Source: a virus
Lineage: Duplodnaviria; Caudoviricetes
IMG/VR virus record: IMGVR_UViG_3300044623_000381
Span: 1-52,155 of that record
Length of the DNA stretch: 52,155 nucleotides
Reading direction: 5' to 3' (one strand)
This document shows positions 8,836 through 19,477 of this stretch, one piece after another. A program made the position numbers and the translations under genes. The notes beneath the pieces are model-generated. The model was not told where the DNA came from, searched no databases, and saw only the letters and a list, made by a program, of their open reading frames with translations. Position 1 is the first letter of the stretch. Each line of letters opens with the position of its first letter.

Positions 8836-11292
8836 ATGGATCAATACTCTGTAAAAAGTAACTCATACGACTCTACGTTCCCAGACCCTTTTGCCTCACA
8901 CGATGTAAAGGTGGGAAAGAGGTACGGTCTTCAGTACGCAAAGGCTGTATACGGCCAGTGGGGAAGCGCCCAGTACGAGGGGTCTCTGTACAGCAAAAGA
9001 TTCCGTGAGTTTGAAGTCTCTAGGGACTACGCCAACGGAACGCAAGACACATCCATCTACAAGCAGATACTTACCTCTCTTGACCCAAACAATGGTGATG
9101 GGTCTCTGGTGAACCTAGACTGGACACCAGTTCCTATCGTTCCCAAGTTTGTAAAGATTGTAGTCAACAAGATTCTGTCTTCTAAGTTCTACCCCAACAT
9201 TGAAGCTGTTGACCCTTTATCACGCAGTGAGAAGGACTACGAGAAAAATAAGATGAAGATATTCATCGAGAACAAGGATATCCTAAAGGAGGCGAAGGAC
9301 TCAGGACTTCGCACCGAGGTAGACCCAGATTCACTTCCCGATACCGCTGAGGAGACCGAAATTTTCCTTGAGACTAACATCAAGACCGCTGCCGAGATTG
9401 CTGCCCAGATTGGCATCAACCTAACGCTCAGCTGGAATGACTTCGACGAGCGCATTTTTAGGCGCAATGTCGAAGACCTCGTCACCTGCGGTATTGCTGT
9501 CACCAAGCGCAGCAACGACCCCAACTACGGGATTGTTGAGGACTATGTAGACCCAGCATTCTTTATCCACAGCTTTACCTCTGACCCAAACTTTACGGAT
9601 ATAACCTACGCAGGCCACGTAAAGCGTATGAGCATCTCTGAACTTAAGAGAACCGCAGGCAACCAGTTCACCGAGGACGAGTACGAGAAGATGGCAAGGA
9701 CGGTTATGAACCGCTTTGGTAATGATTCTAGTAGGCTTATGGGATCTGGGTACGACCCAGGTATGGAGCGCTACTACTACGGCTACGACGAGTACACCAT
9801 CGAAGTCCTTGACTTTGAGTTCGTTAGCGTTGACAACATCATCTTTGAGAAGAAGGAGTCTCGTTTTGGAAACATTGGTTTCTACTACAAAGGCCACAAG
9901 TACAATGCCCCACAGCAGAGTGTGTATGATAGGGAGGCTGTCTATATGCAGAACCAGACGCTGTATGGTGGTAATTACATCCTAGGGACTGACTACATCT
10001 ACGACTACGGATTGAAGAAGAACATTCCTAAAAATGTTCACGACCTCACCCGCACCCGGATGAGCTACAGCATTGTGGCCACCAACATCCGCAAGTCTAT
10101 TCCTAAGTCTATGGTTAGCGGCATCATCGGCTTTGCCGACCAGCTGCAGATCACCCACCTAAAGCTCCAACAGTCTATCGCTAAGGCTAAGCCTGATGGA
10201 TTGATTATCGACATCGAGGGACTTGAGAACGTACAACTAGGACGTGGCGGAGAGCTACAGCCTCTGGACCTTCAAGACATCTACGAGCAGACGGGTATCT
10301 TCTACTACCGCAGCAAGAATCCTGACGGCAGCTTCCAGAACCCACCGATCCGTCCCCTTGAGAACGGCATCAGAAACATCAACGAGCTCATTACCATCTA
10401 CAACCACGCTCTGCGTATGATTCGTGATGCTACGGGCATCAACGAGGTTATGGATGGAACGAGCCCTAAGGGAGACCAGCTTGTTGGCGTACGCCAGCAG
10501 CAACTGGCGGCAGGCAACAATGCTCTTGGGGATATTAGCAATGCAGCGATTGTGCTGTACCGAAGGATCTGTGAGGACGTTGTGAAGTGTCTTCAGATAC
10601 TTCCCCCGAAGTCTATCCTATACAAGGCCTACGAGACTGCTATTGGCAGGGAGAATATGGCGGTGCTGTCGAGTTTCTCTAATCTGCCTATGTATAACTT
10701 CGGTGTTAGGGTTGTCGCTGATATGAACGAGATTGACCGTATGTATTTAGAGCAAAACATCCAGGCTTCTATTGCCCAGGGCGAGCTTGACATCGAGGAT
10801 GCTATTGCTATCCGTCAGTTAAGGGACATCGACCAAGCCGAGAGGTTGCTTATCGTACGCCGTAAGAAGCGTATGAAGGTCCGTCAGGAGATGGCCCAGC
10901 AGAACTCTCAGTTCCAGGCTCAAGCCAACGCACAGGTCGCTCAGGTGACAAGCCAAGCCAAGATGCAGGAGGACCAGATGAAGGCACAGTTAGACGCTCA
11001 GAAGATTCAGCTAGAGGCTGAGGCTAAGGCTCAGCTGCTGCAGGTGGAGTACGGACTTAAGATGCAGTTGGCTCAACTGCAAGGAGACTACGGAATCAAA
11101 GAGCAGCAAATTGAATCTGGCGTACGTCAGAGTGCCGATCAAGAGGCTGAGGACCGCAAGGACAACCGCATTAAAGAGCAAGCAGTTGCCCAAAGCAAAC
11201 TGATTGCCCAGCGTAAGGGAGACCGTTCTGAGTTGGAGAAGCAGGACCTCGAGAGTCAAGAGGATATCGTGGATATCATATTGAACCAATAG
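8836..11292 (+). CDS. portal protein (crAss-like/podovirus type)
   Basis: Follows terL; 818 aa; PIVPKFVKIVV and MIRDATGINE..DG segments; Q/A-rich C-terminal coiled coil. Confidence 0.85.
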   Translation: MDQYSVKSNSYDSTFPDPFASHDVKVGKRYGLQYAKAVYGQWGSAQYEGSLYSKRFREFEVSRDYANGTQDTSIYKQILTSLDPNNGDGSLVNLDWTPVPIVPKFVKIVVNKILSSKFYPNIEAVDPLSRSEKDYEKNKMKIFIENKDILKEAKDSGLRTEVDPDSLPDTAEETEIFLETNIKTAAEIAAQIGINLTLSWNDFDERIFRRNVEDLVTCGIAVTKRSNDPNYGIVEDYVDPAFFIHSFTSDPNFTDITYAGHVKRMSISELKRTAGNQFTEDEYEKMARTVMNRFGNDSSRLMGSGYDPGMERYYYGYDEYTIEVLDFEFVSVDNIIFEKKESRFGNIGFYYKGHKYNAPQQSVYDREAVYMQNQTLYGGNYILGTDYIYDYGLKKNIPKNVHDLTRTRMSYSIVATNIRKSIPKSMVSGIIGFADQLQITHLKLQQSIAKAKPDGLIIDIEGLENVQLGRGGELQPLDLQDIYEQTGIFYYRSKNPDGSFQNPPIRPLENGIRNINELITIYNHALRMIRDATGINEVMDGTSPKGDQLVGVRQQQLAAGNNALGDISNAAIVLYRRICEDVVKCLQILPPKSILYKAYETAIGRENMAVLSSFSNLPMYNFGVRVVADMNEIDRMYLEQNIQASIAQGELDIEDAIAIRQLRDIDQAERLLIVRRKKRMKVRQEMAQQNSQFQAQANAQVAQVTSQAKMQEDQMKAQLDAQKIQLEAEAKAQLLQVEYGLKMQLAQLQGDYGIKEQQIESGVRQSADQEAEDRKDNRIKEQAVAQSKLIAQRKGDRSELEKQDLESQEDIVDIILNQ

Positions 11293-11344
11293 CTATCTTT
11301 GTAAGGAATTAGCGTTTTCTCTTTAACCTCTAACCTTTACCATT

Positions 11345-11611
11345 GTGAGCTATTCAAACATTACCAACCCAGTAAACTACCAACTTCAAGCATTCGGTCA
11401 GAAGGGATTTAGGGTAGTAACCTCAGCATTTACTCCTGTTAGCGGAGAATTCTACCGAGCATTTACCATAACCAGCGACGCAGTGGTCACCGCTACATCG
11501 GTAGAAGGGGATAGCCTTAGCGCTGTAACGCTACTTGCCGGAACAACAGTTTACGGATTGTTCAGCGCAATCAGCGTTTCTTCTGGAACGGTAATCGCCT
11601 ATATCGCATAA
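11345..11611 (+). CDS. small virion protein (head decoration-like)
   Basis: Beta-rich, ending GTVIAY; promoter TATCTTTG at 11294-11301; GTG start. Confidence 0.6.
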   Translation: MSYSNITNPVNYQLQAFGQKGFRVVTSAFTPVSGEFYRAFTITSDAVVTATSVEGDSLSAVTLLAGTTVYGLFSAISVSSGTVIAYIA

Positions 11612-11613
11612 AG

Positions 11614-11889
11614 ATGATTGGTCTCGGTTTAAGCGTAAGCCTGACTCCGTCTGGTGCTGGATTCCTTCGCGGAGCAGCTCAGCTAATCTACAATGACTAC
11701 TACAACCGAGTAACGGCAGATGGTGGTACTGTGGAGGGAGAGTCTTGTTTTGAGCGTGCTGTATTCCTACTTGGTGTTCGTAACACCGTCAACTACATCG
11801 ACCTAATCTTCCAAAGATGGACTGCCGACGGCGGAACCATAGAGGCGGAAGATTGCTTTACAAATTCTTTCTTTGCGCTAAATCAATAA
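11614..11889 (+). CDS. small virion protein with an IGLGLS N-terminus and two R.TADGGT.E...CF repeats
   Basis: Internal repeat visible in the translation; in frame with the next gene. Confidence 0.6.
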   Translation: MIGLGLSVSLTPSGAGFLRGAAQLIYNDYYNRVTADGGTVEGESCFERAVFLLGVRNTVNYIDLIFQRWTADGGTIEAEDCFTNSFFALNQ

Positions 11890-11892
11890 AAA

Positions 11893-13581
11893 ATGTCATC
11901 ATTCTACTCAGACGCATCACTAGTTTTAATTCCCTCTGGCTACAAGAATCAGAAGGTTTACTCTGCAGTCCCAACGGACGGGAGCGGAGATTTGTCGTTC
12001 ACCCGTGCCTCTGATGCCACCCGTGTGGCAAGCAACGGCCTAATTGAAAAGGTGCGGACTAATAACTTTGTTCAAAGCCAAGCATTAGCAACATCTTGGC
12101 TGGTCTTTGCCGCTAGTGGTGCTGGTACTATTGTGCGGACAAATAACTATGCCGCTGCACCCGATGGAACGATGACTGCCACCCGCATACAAAATACTGG
12201 CACAAGCACTGTTCAATGGGTTTACCAAAATTTAGTAAGCTCACCATCCGTTGTATCAATTTATGCCAAAAGAACTGGAGCAACAAACCAAACATTTACA
12301 TTGTTTGGCAATAATGGAAATACGCAATCGGCAACCTTTACCGCAACCGACACTTGGCAGCGATTTACATTTGCTTTAGGTTCGCATATATCGTTGCCAG
12401 TAGGCATCAATGCCGATGCTTCTGGAAGTGCTTATGACATCCTTTTTTGGGGCGCACAACTTGAAGATGGAGACGTAGCAACCGACTACATCGCCACCAC
12501 CACCGCAGCGGTATCAGTTGGCCCCGTTAGCGGTTTACCCCGCTTGGATTACTTGGGGTCTACTTGCCCTCGCTTGTTGCTGGAACCGCAGCGGACTAAT
12601 GTACTGCAATACTCGGAGCAAATAGACAATGCGGCTTGGGCTAAATCACTCACAACGATAACGGCAAACGCAGTAACTTCACCAAGTGGCTATCAAGATG
12701 CGGATAAATTAGTAGAAACGGCTTCGCTGGGCGTACATAGGGCAGCACCTACAAGTACAACAAACCTAAATGGAACTTATTCGTTTTTCGCAAAAAGCGG
12801 TGAAAGAACAAAGGTTGCCATACTTTCAACCACGATTGATTTAGGTTTTGATTTATCAAATGGTACCTTGATTAATTTAGGTTCTGGAACATCAGTTGGC
12901 AAAATTGAAAACTACGGTAATGGATGGTATCGCTGCTCTTTACCGCAAGCCAGTGGAATTGTTGCGCTTTCTTTAGCCCTTTTGGACGATGCTGGCAACA
13001 TTTCTTACACGGGCAACGGCACAAGTGGCGCATATTTTTGGGGCGCACAACTTGAAGTCGGAGCCTACGCCACCTCGTACATCCCCACGCTTGGGGCATC
13101 AGTTACAAGGGTTGCGGATGCTGCTTCAAAGACGGGCATTAGTTCTTTGATTGGGCAGACGGAGGGAACAATGTTTATTGACACGCAAGTAGGCGATGAA
13201 ACGGATGAGGTTTACGGATGGCTTCAGGCATCTTTGTCTGGAAATCCAAATGACTCAATTCAGATTAACCGAGCGACTACAACTGTACAATGTCAAGTTT
13301 ATATTGGTTCATCCGTTACTGGTTTCATAAGTGGTGGTAGCATTACAACAGGTCAGCGCATAAAAATAGCAGTAGGGTACAAACAAAACGATGTAGTGCT
13401 TTATTTAAACGGAACACAAATTGGGGTTGACACATCAACCAATATACCAACTTGCGCAGTATTTCAATTAGGTGCATACCCTCCGCTTTTGAGCGATTAC
13501 ACAAATAATGGCGGAATCAAGCAAGCCCTACTATTCAAGACCCGTCTAACCAACGCCCAACTGGCTGAACTAACCGCATAA
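11893..13581 (+). CDS. head or tail fibre protein with duplicated beta-sandwich domains
   Basis: FTRAS, LLLEPQRTN, two FWGAQLE.G..AT.YI.T repeats, LamG-like C-terminus. Confidence 0.7.
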   Translation: MSSFYSDASLVLIPSGYKNQKVYSAVPTDGSGDLSFTRASDATRVASNGLIEKVRTNNFVQSQALATSWLVFAASGAGTIVRTNNYAAAPDGTMTATRIQNTGTSTVQWVYQNLVSSPSVVSIYAKRTGATNQTFTLFGNNGNTQSATFTATDTWQRFTFALGSHISLPVGINADASGSAYDILFWGAQLEDGDVATDYIATTTAAVSVGPVSGLPRLDYLGSTCPRLLLEPQRTNVLQYSEQIDNAAWAKSLTTITANAVTSPSGYQDADKLVETASLGVHRAAPTSTTNLNGTYSFFAKSGERTKVAILSTTIDLGFDLSNGTLINLGSGTSVGKIENYGNGWYRCSLPQASGIVALSLALLDDAGNISYTGNGTSGAYFWGAQLEVGAYATSYIPTLGASVTRVADAASKTGISSLIGQTEGTMFIDTQVGDETDEVYGWLQASLSGNPNDSIQINRATTTVQCQVYIGSSVTGFISGGSITTGQRIKIAVGYKQNDVVLYLNGTQIGVDTSTNIPTCAVFQLGAYPPLLSDYTNNGGIKQALLFKTRLTNAQLAELTA

Positions 13582-13592
13582 TTCAACACACG

Positions 13593-13988
13593 ATGAAATT
13601 CTTAAAATACGAGTTCACGCCCACGCAATGGGCAACGGCTAAAGCAAAGATTGAGTTAACGGGCACCGACCCCGAAGGCGAAACCTACCAATACTACAAC
13701 CCCGAATTAGTTACTGCCGTAGTGGAACTCGGCCACCTATGCACCCAATGGGGAACCGATGCCGAAGGCAACAAAGTTTGTGAGGTAACGTCACCAAAGT
13801 ACGCAGTTGACATTTTGTGGACTGCCGAACCAATGACAACTTCGTTTGCGTCTTATGTCGTATGGCCTTCGCCTTGCGGAGTTCATATCTTCGCAGGATG
13901 GGAATCAGCATACGCAACCGAGTATTGCGTAGCGAACCCAACTGCTGCCTACTGTATTCTGCCTCCAGTACCACCGACCGAAGAGTAA
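13593..13988 (+). CDS. hypothetical fibre-associated protein
   Basis: Directly follows the fibre gene; ends in a Pro-rich tail. Confidence 0.6.
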   Translation: MKFLKYEFTPTQWATAKAKIELTGTDPEGETYQYYNPELVTAVVELGHLCTQWGTDAEGNKVCEVTSPKYAVDILWTAEPMTTSFASYVVWPSPCGVHIFAGWESAYATEYCVANPTAAYCILPPVPPTEE

Positions 13989-14012
13989 CATTCGTATCTT
14001 TATATACGTTAT

Positions 14013-14040
14013 AGGGGCCTATTGTGCCCCTTTGACGTTT
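14013..14040 (+). terminator. probable intrinsic terminator
   Basis: AGGGGC-7nt-GCCCCT followed by a T-rich tail; the next promoter TACCTTTG is at 14043-14050. Confidence 0.5.
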
Positions 14041-14057
14041 TGTACCTTTGCAATCGT

Positions 14058-17000
14058 ATGGCAGCAAATCAAGTAGACTTTAAGATCCTTCCGAGCGATC
14101 AATTTAGCGTATATAGTCCCCAGACCCGAAGCGACAAGGTAATCACCTATTTTACTTTGCTGTCTAAACTTCGTGGAGACATCCTATCCGTTGGGCAAGA
14201 CGACGACCCAAACGATATTGTCTCGGCGTTCTACAGCAGCGTAGGGGGAACTCAGACCCTCCACCTTGTAAAGGCGGATGGGTCAGAGATTACGGCATCC
14301 GTCCCAGAGCCCACCGTAGGAACGGTTACCTCTGTCGACCTAACTGCTAGCACAGGAATCAGCGTTAGTGGGGGACCTATCACCACTAGTGGAAGTATTA
14401 CCGTAACCAACACAGCACCCGATCAGGTGGTAGTGTTGACTGGTGCTGGGACAACCTCCATCAGCGGAACCTACCCAAGCTTTACCATCACAAGTAACGA
14501 CCAGTATGTAGGTACTGTAACATCTGTTGGCCTTACGATGCCAGCGGCTTTCTCTGTTGCAAATAGCCCAGTAACTACTAGTGGAACCTTAGCGGTCACT
14601 GCAATTGGCTTAAGCTCTCAGTACATCAGGGGCGATGGCCAGCTAGCTAACTTCCCGACCCCTGGGGGTGGAGGCTCTAGCGTTAACTACTACCTAAATG
14701 GATCGGTAAACCAAGGTACGTTTGGTGGTGTCATCTACTATGAGTTAAGCAAGACACCAATCGCTGGAGCTGGAACGAATTTTACGAGGACTAGCGCTTC
14801 AGGAAATGGATACGTAGCTTCATTTATAACTGACGCTAACGACCCAGACCAGATAAACATACCTGGTGGAAACTTCAACCTAGAGTTCTACTTTAACTCG
14901 TCATCAAACGGTGGTTCGCCTGCGTTCTACGGAGAGTTGTACAAGGTAAGCACATCAAATGTGTTTACGTTAATTGCTAGCGGATCAGCCAACTCAGAAG
15001 TCATCACTGGAGGCACTTCTGTTGACCAGTACTACACCTCGATAGCTGTACCTCAGACTGCGTTACTTTCCACCGATAGGCTTGCTATTCGTGTGTATGT
15101 TATAGTAGACGGAAGAAACATCACGCTCCACACTGAGAATAGTAACTTCTCTGAGGTGATCACTACGTTCTCTACTGGCCTTAACTCACTTAACGGGCTT
15201 AGCGATCAGGTTCAGTACTTTGCTGTTGGTACTAGCGGAACTGATTTCGCGATAAGTTCTTCTGTAGACACCCATACGTTTAACTTGCCAACGGCTAGCG
15301 CCACCAACAGGGGCGCTCTGTCGTCTGCGGACTGGAGCACTTTTAGTGGCAAGCAGAATGCTTTAACGCTAACGACCACAGGAACCACTGGCGCAGCCAC
15401 CTTAATTGGAGCTACGCTAAACATTCCAAACTACGCAGACCAGTTTGTAGGGACGGTAACTAGTGTAGACCTCACGGCTGGAACGGGAATAACCGTAAGC
15501 GGTGGTCCGATAACCTCAAGCGGGTCTATCACCGTAAACAACAGCGACAGAGGCTCATCGCAAAATATCTTCAAGAACATTGCTGTTGCTGGTCAGTCTA
15601 CTATTGTGGCTGACCTAAATGATGATACTCTTACTATTGTTGCGGGAACAGGAGTTACAATCACCACTAATGACACTACGGATACTCTAACGATATCTGC
15701 AGCTGGAAGTGGGGGTACGATCACAGGAACTGGTACTACGAACTATGTTTCTAAGTTTACAAGTTCAAGCGCTATTGGTAACTCTGCTATCTATGATAAC
15801 GCGGGCAACATCGGCATCGGGACGACGTCGCCTGGAACTAAATTAGATGTAGTAGGAAATGCTAGAATGGGTGCGAATACATCACAGCAAGCTTTTGCAG
15901 CATTACAAGTATCAGCCGGGGAGGGAACAACTACTACATACAGAGATATAGATTTACACGGTTTTTGGGCTGCAGGTGAAGGTCACGCTATAACAGCAAA
16001 TTACGGAACAACAACATCTGATATCGTAGGACAAATTGTATTCCAGCACGATAATCCTGGTTCTAAAATTAAGTTTGGAAGATTGTATGATTCTGGAAAT
16101 CAATCTACATATCCAATGGAGTTAGTTAGCGATGGTGGAAGCGCTAACTTAACAATAACGGGTAAAGTCGGAATTGGGACTACGAATCCAACTTCTAAAT
16201 TATACATAGAAGGTGGTTCAGCTAACTGGAACGAAACCACGCCTGGTCTTTCTGTTGGTACCATCCATCTAGATCCTGGAGTAAGTACAAACGATTTCGG
16301 TAATGCTATAACATTTGGAGCTAGTGATGCGTCTAGTGGAACAGATGCTCAGGCTGGGATATATGTTCGTAGTGATGGAGCCTACGGTACAAAAATGTAC
16401 TTTGCTACAACAGATGCTTATGTTACTGGAAGTAAGACAAGGATGTATATATCCGAAGCTGGAAGCGTCGGTATTGGTAACACTGCACCATCTCAGATAC
16501 TCCACGTCACTGGAAACCTCCGAGTAACGGGAGCGTACTACGACTCCGGAAACTCAGCAGGTACATCAGGTCAGATATTGTCTTCGACCGCAACGGGTAC
16601 TTCTTGGATTGCAGCACCTAGTGGTAGTATAAGTGGTAGTGGTACTACGAACTATGTGCCTAAGTTCACAGGTGCAAGTGCTATTGGTGACTCTGCCATA
16701 TATGATAACTCGGGTAAAATCGGCATTGGTACGACCGCGGCTAGCGCTAAGTTTCAGGTTGTATCTGGAATTCAGTCAAATACGGTTTCCGTAGCTAATT
16801 CAGCAGCATATATATATGGGATAGATGTCGGTTTAGCTATTGGGCAAGACAATGGCGCTGGAGGATATGGAACTTGGGTTCAGTCTACTCGATTATCAGA
16901 TGGAGTATCGTTTAGTATGGCTTTAAATCCCAATGGAGGCAATGTCGGTATTGGTACGATAGCTCCACAGGCATTGTTGCACGTATCTGGAACAGTTTCT

Positions 17001-18371
17001 TATGGTAGCGCTAGATTTAGCCCAACATCCGCTGACGGTGAATCAGCTATAGCCTTTTATGCTGACGTAGCAGGAACTAGTACAAGTACATCTTGGGTAG
17101 TTGGTCAGGCTGGGTGGGGACACACTGGAGACTTTGTTATTGGTAATGAAAATGGTGGGGCTGGCGGCAATGTAAGACTCCTAATAGAGCGCTCCGGCAA
17201 CGTCGGAATTGGGACGACGGGTCCAGCATCTAAGCTTCACGTTCAAGATGGAGATATAAGGATATACAATAGCACTTCCGCAAATCCGACTATATACTTT
17301 GGCAACTATAACGTAAGTACAGCATATCCACAGGTATCCATTGTTCAATCAGACGCTGGGTCTTATGGTGGGAACCTTGAGTTCTACACTAAGCCAAATG
17401 GAGGGCCAACAAATGCATTGATATTTGCAATGAATATTACCCACCAACAAAGAGTTGGCATTGGGACGACGGCACCATCGTTTAAGACAACTATATCTGC
17501 AGACATCACAAAAGATGGTGATCTAAGCCCTGGGACTGCACAATTGTCTCTTGAGGGAATAACCACTCCTGGAAAAAGAATGATTCTAGGGTATGATACT
17601 AATAGTAATGGTTTTGGTTTCATTAAGGCTGGAAACTTTGGGGTAACGTGGACAACATTATCGCTTCAGCCAGATGGTGGCAACGTCGGCATTGGGACGA
17701 CGAGTCCTGCTGCTAAACTACACGTTGCTGGCACTCAATACATATCTGGTGATTTAAGAATAGGTTCGTCATTTGGAGCTACAAATCAAACAAGTATATT
17801 TAAGGACCAAGGGTCCGCTGGTCTTGGTATTTTTACGTGGGGAGATACGGCTCCAGTTGTTATTGGTGGAGGTCACGTAATAATACGGTCTGAATCCGGT
17901 GCGAACAGAAATCTTTATGTTACTGGCAACGTCGGCATTGGGACGACGGGGCCATCCTACAAGCTAGACGTTGTTGGAGACGCTCGCATCACCTCGGGCT
18001 CATTAGGCGTGGGGGTTGCCCCCAACGCCACCGACGGACGTATCGACGCATCCAACGACATCGTAGCATTCCAGACCTCAGATAGGAGGCTAAAGGAAAA
18101 CATCACCCCCATCACTAACGCACTTGAAAAGGTTCGTTCTCTAACAGGTGTAATGTTCGACTGGAAGGAAGAGACCAAGTCTGTCCACGGATACGAAGGA
18201 CACGACGTAGGTATCATCGCCCAAGACGTGCAGGCAGTACTCCCAGAAGCTGTCCGTACCAACGACACAGGATACCTATCGGTACGCTACGAGAAGATGA
18301 TTGCACTACTGATTGAAGCAAACAAAGAACTCGCTACTCGTGTTGAAGAACTAGAATCTAAATTAAAATGA
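14058..18371 (+). CDS. long tail fibre with a C-terminal intramolecular chaperone (peptidase S74) domain
   Basis: GTVTSV and GNVGIGTT.P repeats; SDRRLKENI...GIIAQDV...VRYEKMIALLIEA. Start moved to ATG 14058, after the promoter. Confidence 0.85.
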   Translation: MAANQVDFKILPSDQFSVYSPQTRSDKVITYFTLLSKLRGDILSVGQDDDPNDIVSAFYSSVGGTQTLHLVKADGSEITASVPEPTVGTVTSVDLTASTGISVSGGPITTSGSITVTNTAPDQVVVLTGAGTTSISGTYPSFTITSNDQYVGTVTSVGLTMPAAFSVANSPVTTSGTLAVTAIGLSSQYIRGDGQLANFPTPGGGGSSVNYYLNGSVNQGTFGGVIYYELSKTPIAGAGTNFTRTSASGNGYVASFITDANDPDQINIPGGNFNLEFYFNSSSNGGSPAFYGELYKVSTSNVFTLIASGSANSEVITGGTSVDQYYTSIAVPQTALLSTDRLAIRVYVIVDGRNITLHTENSNFSEVITTFSTGLNSLNGLSDQVQYFAVGTSGTDFAISSSVDTHTFNLPTASATNRGALSSADWSTFSGKQNALTLTTTGTTGAATLIGATLNIPNYADQFVGTVTSVDLTAGTGITVSGGPITSSGSITVNNSDRGSSQNIFKNIAVAGQSTIVADLNDDTLTIVAGTGVTITTNDTTDTLTISAAGSGGTITGTGTTNYVSKFTSSSAIGNSAIYDNAGNIGIGTTSPGTKLDVVGNARMGANTSQQAFAALQVSAGEGTTTTYRDIDLHGFWAAGEGHAITANYGTTTSDIVGQIVFQHDNPGSKIKFGRLYDSGNQSTYPMELVSDGGSANLTITGKVGIGTTNPTSKLYIEGGSANWNETTPGLSVGTIHLDPGVSTNDFGNAITFGASDASSGTDAQAGIYVRSDGAYGTKMYFATTDAYVTGSKTRMYISEAGSVGIGNTAPSQILHVTGNLRVTGAYYDSGNSAGTSGQILSSTATGTSWIAAPSGSISGSGTTNYVPKFTGASAIGDSAIYDNSGKIGIGTTAASAKFQVVSGIQSNTVSVANSAAYIYGIDVGLAIGQDNGAGGYGTWVQSTRLSDGVSFSMALNPNGGNVGIGTIAPQALLHVSGTVSYGSARFSPTSADGESAIAFYADVAGTSTSTSWVVGQAGWGHTGDFVIGNENGGAGGNVRLLIERSGNVGIGTTGPASKLHVQDGDIRIYNSTSANPTIYFGNYNVSTAYPQVSIVQSDAGSYGGNLEFYTKPNGGPTNALIFAMNITHQQRVGIGTTAPSFKTTISADITKDGDLSPGTAQLSLEGITTPGKRMILGYDTNSNGFGFIKAGNFGVTWTTLSLQPDGGNVGIGTTSPAAKLHVAGTQYISGDLRIGSSFGATNQTSIFKDQGSAGLGIFTWGDTAPVVIGGGHVIIRSESGANRNLYVTGNVGIGTTGPSYKLDVVGDARITSGSLGVGVAPNATDGRIDASNDIVAFQTSDRRLKENITPITNALEKVRSLTGVMFDWKEETKSVHGYEGHDVGIIAQDVQAVLPEAVRTNDTGYLSVRYEKMIALLIEANKELATRVEELESKLK

Positions 18372-19435
18372 CCTTACCCCTTTCGGGCCCTCTAGAGGCC
18401 AGCGACATCAACGTAGAGCTTGGACGCTCAGCAACAGCAACATTCTCTATTACTGATGCAGCAACAGGGGTTTATGGTGCCATCAATACCTGTAGCATTC
18501 CCCACCCTAATGGAACTGCTCCCCACGCCTATTCGGAGTGGTACGGGTACAACCACAACGCTATATGTCTTAATTCATATTATGCATTCCTTGATGACCC
18601 ATCCAGCGGATCGGGTAAACTTTACTCGCTCACTAAAGACTACTGGACCGTTGTTTCATCATCAAGGCCAAGTCCAGCATCTTCAATGACCATAAGCTTT
18701 TGGATGAAAATGACAGATAATTGGGGAACCAATCGTGCTGGTCTTATTGAGTTTACAACTGGATCTAGCAATAATAGTCTTCTAATAGATTGGCGGCTGT
18801 CGGAAGATCTTTTAAACCCTGGAACTTATTTTAACGATATACTTTTCTTTTTTAGAACTGGATCAACAGATATTTTGTCGAGTATAGTAAACTTAGCAGA
18901 TTCAAACAATTCTTCACTTACAGGAATAAATTCTGGTGGTTACTGGGACAATAGTGGCAATACCGGATATGTTGATAGCAATGGTTACTCATTGATAACC
19001 ATTGTCATCGACTACAGCCAATATGGAACATCTCAATATGCTAAGTGGTACTGGAATGACACGCAACTTATTGTCCCTTGGCAACCAAATCCCGGAAATG
19101 GAGAATCTTTTACAGATGGAGTATCCTCATTATCGGGACCAAACTGGACCAACAGCAGGCTGTATGTTGGCGGAACTTCTGGACTTCCCGCTGAATGCCA
19201 ACTTGATGGATTTGCCATATTCTTGAATACAGCACTTAATCAATCGGATGTTACAAGCATATACAATGGTGGCGCTGTTGCCCCTATTGCATCATATACG
19301 GGTATATCGTCAGCCCTTTTGTTTTACAACTTTGAAAACGATACTCCAAACATTGGACTCGACACAGGCGGAACATATACGATGGATCTTAATGAGCTAA
19401 ACAATCCGCAAAGAGTTCAAGACCCAGCTCTCTAA
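18368..19435 (+). CDS. LamG/concanavalin A-like fibre-associated protein
   Basis: MTLPLSGPL...DINVELG N-terminus; TISFWMK and LDGFAIFLNTALNQSDVTSIYNGG. Confidence 0.7.
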   Translation: MTLPLSGPLEASDINVELGRSATATFSITDAATGVYGAINTCSIPHPNGTAPHAYSEWYGYNHNAICLNSYYAFLDDPSSGSGKLYSLTKDYWTVVSSSRPSPASSMTISFWMKMTDNWGTNRAGLIEFTTGSSNNSLLIDWRLSEDLLNPGTYFNDILFFFRTGSTDILSSIVNLADSNNSSLTGINSGGYWDNSGNTGYVDSNGYSLITIVIDYSQYGTSQYAKWYWNDTQLIVPWQPNPGNGESFTDGVSSLSGPNWTNSRLYVGGTSGLPAECQLDGFAIFLNTALNQSDVTSIYNGGAVAPIASYTGISSALLFYNFENDTPNIGLDTGGTYTMDLNELNNPQRVQDPAL

Positions 19436-19477
19436 TTGAATACTTTGTATATTTGCCTAACTAACTAGTACATAACA

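Noticed and set aside
14058-19435. Diversity-generating retroelement or CRISPR array explaining the fibre repeats
   Set aside because: The repeats are in-frame coding linkers with long, irregular coding spacers. No reverse transcriptase, adenine-specific TR/VR pair or cas genes were seen.
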